Source: Acidobacteria bacterium RIFCSPLOWO2_12_FULL_68_19 (GTDB taxonomy: Bacteria > Acidobacteriota > Vicinamibacteria > Vicinamibacterales > UBA2999). Taken from it: 64,000 nucleotides of DNA. Of the stretch, positions 42,354 through 49,625 are shown piece after piece. Where the stretch lies: NCBI GenBank assembly GCA_001767525.1, contig MELF01000036.1, positions 136,804-200,803 on the forward strand, in the 5' to 3' direction. The position numbers and the translations under genes were made by a program. Numbering within the stretch: the stretch's first letter is position 1; each line of letters opens with the position of its first letter. The notes beneath the pieces are model-generated. The model saw only the letters and a program-made list of their open reading frames with translations, was not told the DNA's origin and did no database searches.

Positions 42354-43274
42354 GTGTCGGTACGTCGCGTCATTCTCTATGCGGGTCTGGCCATCTCGCT
42401 CTCCTCGCTGGCGTTCAGCCTCGGCAGCTGGACCGCGCAGCGATCTCTTGCGGCGGAGATCGCTGCCAGCGGCGTGCGGCTGGAGGTGCTGCAGGGTCAT
42501 CTGGCACGCCGCATCATCGGAACGAGAGAGGCGGCGATTCAGCCGTCGGCCACCAACGGCGAGCAGGAGGGCAACGCCGTGTCGGCGACAGGAACGTCGC
42601 AGAGCGCGCTGGTCGAGGAGATCAAGCGGCAGTTGCAGGCCGAGATGGGGCTGCTGCCGGTGCGGCTGCTCCGAGAGCGCCGCGAGAGCTTCGTCGAGCT
42701 GAACGCCACCGACAACTTCGGCAAGACGAGCTATGGCACCGCCGGCTATCTCGGCCGCGGCTACTTCATCACGGTCAAGCACGGCGTGATGGCGCTGGGC
42801 AACCCGGCGGACGGCCGAAACCGGCGCCGGATGGTCGCGGTGACCGTTCGCTACAGGGACCGCGACATCCCGGCGGACGTCATCGACAGCGGCGATGCGA
42901 CCGTCGAAGTGCATCCGGGCGACTGGGCGGTCATCCGCGTGCGCGAGGACGTCGATCTGCCGCCGCTGCGCGCCGACGCGTCGTACGGCTTCGAGTTCGC
43001 CGCGCCGATCTTTCGCCTCGGGAACGATTACTCGAAAGGGATCATCCTGAGCACCGGCTACGTGGGGCAGCGGATGACGAACGGGCTGGTCACATGCCTG
43101 ACCGACGGCCACCCGGGCGTGTCCGGCGGCGGGGTGCTGAACCAGCAGGGCGACCTCGTCGGGATTCCCGTCGGCCGGATGCAGGGCGACTATCGGTTCT
43201 CGTTCATCCTGCCGGTGCGCGGCGAGATGTTCCGAAGGGTGCCGGGGCTGCCGGACGCGCTCGAAACGCACTGA
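42354..43274 (+). CDS. Membrane-anchored trypsin-like (S1/S1C-type) serine protease
   Basis: TM segment 'VILYAGLAISLSSLAFSLGSW'. Catalytic-triad contexts 'ITVKHGV', 'GDWAVIRV' and 'GHPGVSGGGVL'. GTG 42354 chosen inside track ORF 42018..43274, so the start is uncertain. Confidence 0.7.
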   Translation: MSVRRVILYAGLAISLSSLAFSLGSWTAQRSLAAEIAASGVRLEVLQGHLARRIIGTREAAIQPSATNGEQEGNAVSATGTSQSALVEEIKRQLQAEMGLLPVRLLRERRESFVELNATDNFGKTSYGTAGYLGRGYFITVKHGVMALGNPADGRNRRRMVAVTVRYRDRDIPADVIDSGDATVEVHPGDWAVIRVREDVDLPPLRADASYGFEFAAPIFRLGNDYSKGIILSTGYVGQRMTNGLVTCLTDGHPGVSGGGVLNQQGDLVGIPVGRMQGDYRFSFILPVRGEMFRRVPGLPDALETH

Positions 43275-43281
43275 ACGGACC

Positions 43282-43299
43282 GGAGGCCTGAAGGCCTCC
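43282..43299. terminator. Perfect 7-bp hairpin between convergent protease and rarA genes
   Basis: GGAGGCC-TGAA-GGCCTCC, in the 27-bp gap. Confidence 0.5.
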
Positions 43300-43301
43300 A
43301 G

Positions 43302-44681
43302 CTATCGTGTCTTTCGCTCTTCCTTGATCCGTGTCCAGCCGTCGAGGCGCCGTGTGATCTCCTTCTCGAATCCCCGGTCGGTCGGCTGGTAGTACCTCTG
43401 TCCCGCGAGCGACTCGGGCAGACAGGACATATCCGCGATGGCGTCCGGTTCCTCGTGAGCGTACCGGTACGCCTTCCCGTAGCCCAACTCCTTCATCAGA
43501 CCCGTCGGGGCGTTCCGCAGGTGGAGCGGCACGGGATCCGCCGCCTGCGTGTGTGCGGCGGCTGCGGCGGCCTCGTATGCCACGTACACCGCGTTGCTCT
43601 TCGGCGCAGTCGCCAGGTAGATGGCGGCCTGCGCCAGCGCCGTATTCCCCTCGGGCATGCCGACGAAATGCACGGCATCGGTCGCGGCCACAGCCACCGT
43701 CAGCGCCTGCGGATCGGCGTTGCCGACGTCCTCCGAGGCGAAGCGGACGAGACGGCGCGCGATGTAGAGCGGATCTTCGCCCGCCTCGAGCATGCGCGCG
43801 AGCCAGTACACCGCCGCGTCGGGGTCGCTGTTCCGCATCGACTTGTGCAAGGCGGAGATGAGGTTGTAGTGCTCTTCGCCGGCCTTGTCGTAGAGGAGCG
43901 CTCGCCGCTGAATGGCCTGCTCCAGTTGCGGCACGTCGAGGCGCCGGGCACCGGTGGCCGCGTCGACCGGCGCCGCCGCGGCTGAGAACTCCAGCAGGTT
44001 CAGCGCAGCGCGGGCGTCGCCGTTCGCGAACCGCGCCATGGCCGTGACCGCCGCCTCGCTCGCGTCCACGTTCTCGGCGCCGAGGCCGCGCTCGCGGTCG
44101 GCAAGTGCGCGCCGCAGGATGAGGGCGATCTCCTCGGCGGCGAGCGGCTGCAGGACGAAGACCTTCGACCGGGAGAGGAGCGCCGCGTTCACCTCGAAGG
44201 AAGGGTTCTCGGTCGTCGCGCCGATGAGCACGATGTCGCCCGCTTCGACGCGGGGGAGGAAGGCGTCCTGCTGCGCCTTGTTGAAGCGGTGGATCTCGTC
44301 GACGAACAGAATGGTCCGGCGCCCCGTCGAGCGCCGCTCCAGTTCCGCCGCGGCCATGACCTCGCGGATCTCCTTGATTCCGGAGAGGACGGCGCTGAAC
44401 TGCACGAACCGTGCGCGCGTCATGTCCGCGATGATGCGCGCCAGCGTCGTCTTGCCGGTGCCCGGCGGGCCCCAGAAGATGACGGACTGGAGCAGGTCCC
44501 GCTCGATCGCCTCGCGCAGCGGCGTGCCGGGCGCGAGGATGTGATCCTGGCCGGCGACTTCGTCCAGCGTGCGCGGGCGTACCCGCTCGGCGAGCGGCGT
44601 GCCTGCAAGGGGCCGACCCGGATGGGCTCGCGACTCCGTTGCGCGTGAGGGCGGCGTGTCGTCGAACAGGGAGCTCATCAT
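43302..44681 (-). CDS. rarA: Replication-associated recombination protein A (MgsA/RarA AAA+ ATPase)
   Basis: 'FWGPPGTGKTTLA', 'ILFVDEIHRFNKAQQD', 'GDARAALN' and 'YYQPTDRGFEKEI'. Start 'MMSSLFDD' lies within track ORF 43302..45575. Confidence 0.93.
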   Translation of the reverse strand: MMSSLFDDTPPSRATESRAHPGRPLAGTPLAERVRPRTLDEVAGQDHILAPGTPLREAIERDLLQSVIFWGPPGTGKTTLARIIADMTRARFVQFSAVLSGIKEIREVMAAAELERRSTGRRTILFVDEIHRFNKAQQDAFLPRVEAGDIVLIGATTENPSFEVNAALLSRSKVFVLQPLAAEEIALILRRALADRERGLGAENVDASEAAVTAMARFANGDARAALNLLEFSAAAAPVDAATGARRLDVPQLEQAIQRRALLYDKAGEEHYNLISALHKSMRNSDPDAAVYWLARMLEAGEDPLYIARRLVRFASEDVGNADPQALTVAVAATDAVHFVGMPEGNTALAQAAIYLATAPKSNAVYVAYEAAAAAAHTQAADPVPLHLRNAPTGLMKELGYGKAYRYAHEEPDAIADMSCLPESLAGQRYYQPTDRGFEKEITRRLDGWTRIKEERKTR

Positions 44682-44704
44682 AGCCTTCGACCCCTTCGGC
44701 GCGC

Positions 44705-45565
44705 TCAGGGTCGTTCCGAGCGCGTCGAGGGACGACTGTCGTCCGGGCGGACCCGAGCATCGCCGACGGACACACGCTGCCGGCGTGCGGCGTAAACGAG
44801 GATCGCCGCGGCGACGGCGACGTTCAACGATTCGACCGGCGCCGCCATCGGAATCGTCACGGCGTCGTCGGCGTAGGCGAGCGCCCCGTCGTTCAGCCCC
44901 GGTCCTTCGCCGCCGAGAAGCAGCGCGACCCGGCCGTGCCAGTCGATCGCGTCTGGAGAACGCCCGCCCCGCGGGACGGCGGCGACGATCCGTCCCCGGT
45001 GGTTCCGGACGCAGCGTACCGCCTCGGCGGTCGTGAGGCCAGAGGCGACGGGCAGTCGCAGCAGGCTTCCCATGCTGCCGCGCACCGCCTTCCACGAAAA
45101 CGGGCTGGCCGACGCCGCGCAGACGAGGACGCCAGTCGCGCCGCCCGCTTCCCCGGCCCGCACCAGCGAACCGAGATTGCCCGGGTCCTGCACGTCGACG
45201 GCCACGAGCACGAAGGCGTCGCGCCGGCTGCAGATACCGCCGGCGTCCGAGGGCGTGCGGCGGGCGATCGCCACCAGGCCAGAGGGCGCGCGCACCGGGC
45301 TCATCGCCCGGAACCCCTGGTCGCTCACAGTGTGGACGACGGTTCCATTGGCGGCGAGCAGACGCACGAGCGCCGCCTCTTCGCTGGCGTCCCGCAATCG
45401 CGACGCGGCGATTGCGGCCATTTCGATCTCGACGCCGGCGGCGCGCGCGTCGCGGACCAGGTGCACACCGTCGAGCAGCAGCCGCGCGCCTCCTGGATCG
45501 GGCGTGCGCGCCAATTGACGAAAGGCCTGCACGACAGGGTTCTGGCGACTCGAGATCGTCTTCAT
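44705..45565 (-). CDS. TrmH/SpoU-family RNA 2'-O-methyltransferase
   Basis: 'DVQDPGNLGSLVRAGEA', 'LLLGGEGPGL' and 'PVESLNVAVAAAILVY'. Start at M9 of the track ORF. Confidence 0.85.
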   Translation of the reverse strand: MKTISSRQNPVVQAFRQLARTPDPGGARLLLDGVHLVRDARAAGVEIEMAAIAASRLRDASEEAALVRLLAANGTVVHTVSDQGFRAMSPVRAPSGLVAIARRTPSDAGGICSRRDAFVLVAVDVQDPGNLGSLVRAGEAGGATGVLVCAASASPFSWKAVRGSMGSLLRLPVASGLTTAEAVRCVRNHRGRIVAAVPRGGRSPDAIDWHGRVALLLGGEGPGLNDGALAYADDAVTIPMAAPVESLNVAVAAAILVYAARRQRVSVGDARVRPDDSRPSTRSERP

Positions 45566-45572
45566 GTACCGC

Positions 45573-45641
45573 CAACTACCAACTACCAACCTACCGGCCG
45601 GCTACCGGCTACCGGCTACCGGCTACCGGCTACCGGCTACC
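45573..45641 (+). repeat. 7-nt tandem array: (CAACTAC)x2-3 followed by (GGCTACC)x6
   Basis: The CTACC core recurs at 45576, 45583, 45591, 45602, 45609, 45616, 45623, 45630 and 45637. The array fills the divergent trmH-like/greA intergenic region. Confidence 0.9.
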
Positions 45642-45644
45642 AGC

Positions 45645-45650
45645 TATGTT
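45645..45650 (+). promoter_or_regulatory. -10-like TATGTT for greA, abutting the heptamer array
   Basis: TATGTT lies 15 nt upstream of ATG 45666. The expected -35 position falls inside the array. Confidence 0.3.
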
Positions 45651-45665
45651 AAAGTCAATTTCCCG

Positions 45666-46130
45666 ATGAAAGAACGGATTCTGAAGCGCTTCAGCGATGA
45701 GATCGCCACGCTCGAGCGCGAGCTGCGGCACGAGCTTCCCAAGGAGATTCAGCGCGCCCGTGAGCACGGCGATCTGCGCGAGAACGCGGAATACAAAGCC
45801 GCGAAGGAGCGGCAGGAGATGGTGAACGCGCGCATCGCCATGCTCAAGAAACGCGTGCGCGAGATTCAGCTCATGAACCTCGACCGTATCCCCCGCGGCC
45901 GCGCCGGCTTCGGCTCGACGGTCACCCTGCGCGGTGCAAGCGGCGACACCATCGTCTACCAGCTCGTCATGCCCGAAGACGCGGACGCGGAGAAAGGACT
46001 CATCTCCACGTCGTCGCCGATCGGGAGGGCGATTCTGAACAGGGAAGAAGGCGACGAGATCAAGGCGGTGACGCCGGCGGGGACCCGTCAGTTCGAGCTC
46101 GTCAAGCTCATCACGATCCACGACGAGTAG
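45666..46130 (+). CDS. greA: Transcription elongation factor GreA
   Basis: 'GDLRENAEYKAAKERQ' and 'ISTSSPIGRAILNREEGDE'. Confidence 0.93.
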   Translation: MKERILKRFSDEIATLERELRHELPKEIQRAREHGDLRENAEYKAAKERQEMVNARIAMLKKRVREIQLMNLDRIPRGRAGFGSTVTLRGASGDTIVYQLVMPEDADAEKGLISTSSPIGRAILNREEGDEIKAVTPAGTRQFELVKLITIHDE

Positions 46131-46137
46131 CGCCCGC

Positions 46138-47433
46138 GTGCAACCGTATTCTCCCGAGCGTCGCACCGCCCTCGTGTTCTGCGGGACCGGCGCGCACGGA
46201 GCGTATCACGCGGGAGTGCTGCGCGCGGTTCAGGAAGCCGGCGTCAAGATCGACATCGTGGCCGGGCACGGGATCGGGGCGGCGTCGGCGGCGCTGGCGG
46301 CCGTCGACGGCGCGGCCCGGCTCTGGGACAAGGACGGCGTGTGGCGCGAACCCGCCGTGACCGCGTTCTACGGATGGCGATGGCCGCTCCGAGTGGCGGT
46401 CTGGCTGACGCTACTGCTGGCCGTGGCGGTGGCGGCGCCGGCACTGCTGTGGAGCATCGGATGGGCGAGGGGCGTCGCCGTGCTGCTCGTCGCGCCGCTT
46501 GGCGTCGTTGCGGCGCTGCTGCTGACGCTCGTGGGTGGTGACCTGCTGGGGGATCGTCGAGGGAGCGCTCGGCGGCGGGCGGCAGGACGACCCTGGTGGC
46601 GCGTGGTCGGCGCCCCGCTGGACGTCGAGCGCGTGCGCGAGGTGTTCGCGGCGGCGCTCTGGCAGCTGCTTCGGGGCGCGGCGCAGACCGCGCGGCCCGC
46701 GGCCTCCGAGATTGGCCGGCGGTACGGAGAAGTGCTCGCGGAGAGTCTGGGGCAGCCGGGGTTCCGTGAGCTGATGATTGTCGTCACCGACATCGATGCC
46801 CGGCTGGACGTCGTGGCGGCGCTGCTCGGCGAGCGCTACCAGCGGGAGTTCGTGGCGCCGCGTCCGGGACGGGAGCGTCGCGCGGAGATCATCGATCTCG
46901 CCGGCTCCGGGCGGGACCATCTCGCCGATCTGGTGGCGGCGGCGCTCACACCGCCGGTCCTCGGCGAGCCGCAACTGCTGACGTTCGGCGCCGACAGTTA
47001 CTGGCGCGGCGAAACGCACCGGCTCTGCGATCGCCCCGGCGCCTCCGTTCGGCTGCTCGAGGAACTGGCGGCCATTGGCGTGACGCAGGCGATTGTCGTG
47101 AGCGCCGTCGCCACCTCGCCGAGGCCGCACCGTCTGTCGGCGGCGCGGCTCGACCCCCGGCACCGGCTCGGCGAGTTCCTCGCTGCGGCGGAGTCGGCAG
47201 CGCTCCGAGATGCGCTGGATCTCGCGCGGCTGCGATTCGACTCGGTCTATCTGATTGCGCCCGCGCACAATGCCGTCGGCGCGTTCGATGTCGATGGTGC
47301 CTACGACGAAGCGTCGGACCGGAAGCAGGACCTGGTCGAGCTGATGACACGGGCGTACGAGGACGCCTACCACCAGTTCATCGAACCGGTCGTCGGCGCC
47401 AGCGGCGAGCGGCTGGCGCAGGCCGACGCGTGA
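46138..47433 (+). CDS. Patatin-like protein with degenerate catalytic motifs and an internal TM segment
   Basis: 'LVFCGTGAHGAYHAGVLRAV' occupies the GGGxRG position. 'DIVAGHGIGAASAA' occupies the GxSxG position, with Gly replacing the nucleophile Ser. Hydrophobic stretch 'WPLRVAVWLTLLLAVAVAAPALLW..VLLVAPLGVVAALLLTLVGG'. Confidence 0.65.
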   Translation: MQPYSPERRTALVFCGTGAHGAYHAGVLRAVQEAGVKIDIVAGHGIGAASAALAAVDGAARLWDKDGVWREPAVTAFYGWRWPLRVAVWLTLLLAVAVAAPALLWSIGWARGVAVLLVAPLGVVAALLLTLVGGDLLGDRRGSARRRAAGRPWWRVVGAPLDVERVREVFAAALWQLLRGAAQTARPAASEIGRRYGEVLAESLGQPGFRELMIVVTDIDARLDVVAALLGERYQREFVAPRPGRERRAEIIDLAGSGRDHLADLVAAALTPPVLGEPQLLTFGADSYWRGETHRLCDRPGASVRLLEELAAIGVTQAIVVSAVATSPRPHRLSAARLDPRHRLGEFLAAAESAALRDALDLARLRFDSVYLIAPAHNAVGAFDVDGAYDEASDRKQDLVELMTRAYEDAYHQFIEPVVGASGERLAQADA

Positions 47434-47806
47434 GGTGGCGGAGTACCGCTTCTTCGGTTGTCGGCGCGGGCGCTGCCCGCGGGCCGGACCCCGTTCGTCG
47501 ATGTGGGCGAAGCGGTGATCGACGTGCTCGAACCGGTGGTCAACCGACGCCGACAGCGCATCGAGCTTACGCTCGATGATCTCGCCTCTGTTCCGGCAGC
47601 GCCTCCAGGGCATCGGCCATCCTCGAACTCACGCCAAGCCCACCATCGCCTGCGTCCGACGAGCGTGGACCGTGCCGTCTGGCGAAATGATGGCGTGCCA
47701 GCCACTTACACGGGTCGCGCGATCGGAGGTACGCAGGAATTGCCAGGGCAGATGGCCGATCGAAAGGCACGTTCGCCAACCGATGGTCGGATTGAGCGGG
47801 CGTGCG

Positions 47807-47812
47807 TATGAT
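47807..47812 (+). promoter_or_regulatory. -10-like TATGAT 8 nt upstream of ATG 47821 (leaderless geometry)
   Basis: TATGAT-CGGTGTCG-ATG. This argues for ATG 47821 rather than the track GTG 47815. Confidence 0.35.
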
Positions 47813-47820
47813 CGGTGTCG

Positions 47821-48930
47821 ATGCATCGCGACACGCTCATCGTTCACGCCGGTTACCGCACGCGCGGAGAGACGGGGCCGTTCCTTGCCGGGCCGCAGTT
47901 TTCCTCCACCTACACGACGCCGGGTGATCCAGCCGATCACGCACTGACCTACGGCCGCTTTCACAACCCGACGTGGTCGGCCTGGGAGGCGGCGCTTGGC
48001 GTTCTGGAAGGGGGCCAGGCCGTCGCGTTCGCATCGGGCATGGCTGCCGTCGCCGCCGCCCTCGGGGTCACGCTGACGCGCGGTGACGTGCTCGTGCTGC
48101 CGGGGGACTGTTACTACGCGATCCGCCGGCTGGCGGCGACGTGGCTCGAACCGATCGGCGTCCGGGTGCGCCTGGTGCCGACGCGAGGCGACCAGGCGGC
48201 GGTGCTCGACGGCGCGCGCCTGCTGTGGCTCGAGACGCCGTCGAACCCGCTGCTCGACGTCTGCGATATCCGGGCCCTGGCGGGGCAGGCCCGAACGCGC
48301 GGCGTGCTCGTGGCGGTCGACAACACGACCGCCACGGCCTACGTGCAACAGCCGCTCGATCTCGGCGCTGCGCTCGTCGTCGCCTCCGATACCAAGGCGC
48401 TGACCGGGCACAGCGACCTGCTGCTCGGGCACGTGGCGACCAGAGACGAGGCGTTGGTCGTCGCGCTGCGGGCCTGGCGCACCCATCACGGCGCCATTCC
48501 CGGGCCGATGGAGGTGTGGCTGGCTCACCGGTCCCTGCCGACGCTCCCGCTCCGTCTGGGCCGCCAGTGCGCCTCGGCCGAACGACTGGCGGCGTTCCTC
48601 GCGTCACGCCCGGACGTCGAGTCCGTACACTATCCCGGCCTGGCGACGCATCCCGGCCACGCGATCGCTCGCCGGCAGATGCGTACGTTCGGCACGCTCG
48701 TCAGCTTCGACCTCGGCACGCGGACGCGCGCCGAAGCGTTCCTGCGCGCGTTGACGCTGGTGCGCGAAGCGACGAGCTTCGGCGGGGTGCACTCGATCGC
48801 GGAGCGGCGCGCCCGGTGGGGCGGCGATGCAATCGGCGAGGGGTTCATCCGGTTCAGTGTCGGTTGCGAAGCGGTTGACGACATCGTGGCCGACGTGCAA
48901 CACGCCCTCGACGCCGCGGCGGGCCGATAG
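47821..48930 (+). CDS. Cys/Met-metabolism PLP-dependent enzyme (cystathionine gamma-synthase/beta-lyase family)
   Basis: 'ASGMAAV', 'VVASDTKALTGHSD' (PLP lysine) and 'FGGVHSI'. Confidence 0.88.
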   Translation: MHRDTLIVHAGYRTRGETGPFLAGPQFSSTYTTPGDPADHALTYGRFHNPTWSAWEAALGVLEGGQAVAFASGMAAVAAALGVTLTRGDVLVLPGDCYYAIRRLAATWLEPIGVRVRLVPTRGDQAAVLDGARLLWLETPSNPLLDVCDIRALAGQARTRGVLVAVDNTTATAYVQQPLDLGAALVVASDTKALTGHSDLLLGHVATRDEALVVALRAWRTHHGAIPGPMEVWLAHRSLPTLPLRLGRQCASAERLAAFLASRPDVESVHYPGLATHPGHAIARRQMRTFGTLVSFDLGTRTRAEAFLRALTLVREATSFGGVHSIAERRARWGGDAIGEGFIRFSVGCEAVDDIVADVQHALDAAAGR

Positions 48931-48966
48931 TGTCGAATCCCCCACCGGGATCCCGGGTTCCGGGAG

Positions 48967-48972
48967 TATGAT
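48967..48972 (+). promoter_or_regulatory. -10-like TATGAT upstream of the CBS-protein gene
   Basis: TATGAT, then GGAGG (48982..48986) 6 nt before ATG 48993. Confidence 0.3.
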
Positions 48973-48992
48973 CCCCCCCGGGGAGGTAGTCG

Positions 48993-49451
48993 ATGAAGCC
49001 CATCAGACCTCTCGTTGACAACCAGGATGTGGTGGTGGTCGATCTGGCCACCACGGTTGCGCAGGCGGCGCGACTCATGAGCGACCGTCAGGTCGGCGCC
49101 GTCCCGGTGCTCGACGGCGACCGCGTCGTGGGGATTTTCACCGAACGCGACGTGCTGTCGCGGGTGGTGGCGGCCGGCGTCGATCCGGCCAGCACGCCGG
49201 TCGGCGCCGTCATGAGCACGGATCTGGTGGTGGCAGACATCGCGGATCACCACGAAACCTGCCTCCGCCGGATGCAGCAGGCGCACGTGCGGCATCTGCT
49301 CGTGCTCACAGGAGGCCGTCTCGCGGGCATCCTTTCGATGCGCGATCTACTGGCGCTCGAAATCGACGAGCGAGACGAGGAGATTCACCTGCTGAACGCC
49401 TACGTGCACTACATTCCGGCGGATCTCACGCCGACGCGAACGCGGTCGTAG
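48993..49451 (+). CDS. CBS-pair domain protein
   Basis: Two CBS motifs: 'VGAVPVLDGDRVVGIFTERDVL' and 'VRHLLVLTGGRLAGILSMRDLL'. Confidence 0.85.
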   Translation: MKPIRPLVDNQDVVVVDLATTVAQAARLMSDRQVGAVPVLDGDRVVGIFTERDVLSRVVAAGVDPASTPVGAVMSTDLVVADIADHHETCLRRMQQAHVRHLLVLTGGRLAGILSMRDLLALEIDERDEEIHLLNAYVHYIPADLTPTRTRS

Positions 49452-49625
49452 CCGGGCGCGGCTCACGCGGCGCCGGCGGCCGTATCGAGGAGCACCCTCG
49501 CGCGGTCGTTGTTGGCCGTCGAGAGGACGACCACGCACCGATCCTGGCTGGCGGTGGCCGCAGCGTACAGGTGGTGGATGTCGACCTCGATCGAGCAGAG
49601 GCGGGCGTCCTCTACCGTCTTCCCC

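Noticed and set aside
41723-42373. 216-aa minus-strand ORF across the small-gene island.
   Set aside because: It is antisense to two plus-strand genes that have SDs and coupled overlaps, and its translation is low-complexity and Arg-rich.
47620-47820. SAM, SAH or other methionine-related riboswitch upstream of the Cys/Met PLP enzyme.
   Set aside because: Local hairpins exist, but no recognisable SAM-I, SAM-II or SAH consensus elements. A TATGAT 8 nt upstream of the ATG suggests the mRNA may not include this region at all.
47629-47823. 65-aa minus-strand ORF 'MHRHRSYARPLNPTIGW...' at the tail of track ORF 47629..48528.
   Set aside because: It has many A/T-ending codons, atypical for coding DNA here. 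There is no SD. Its ATG is just the reverse reading of the ATGCAT palindrome at the PLP-gene start.
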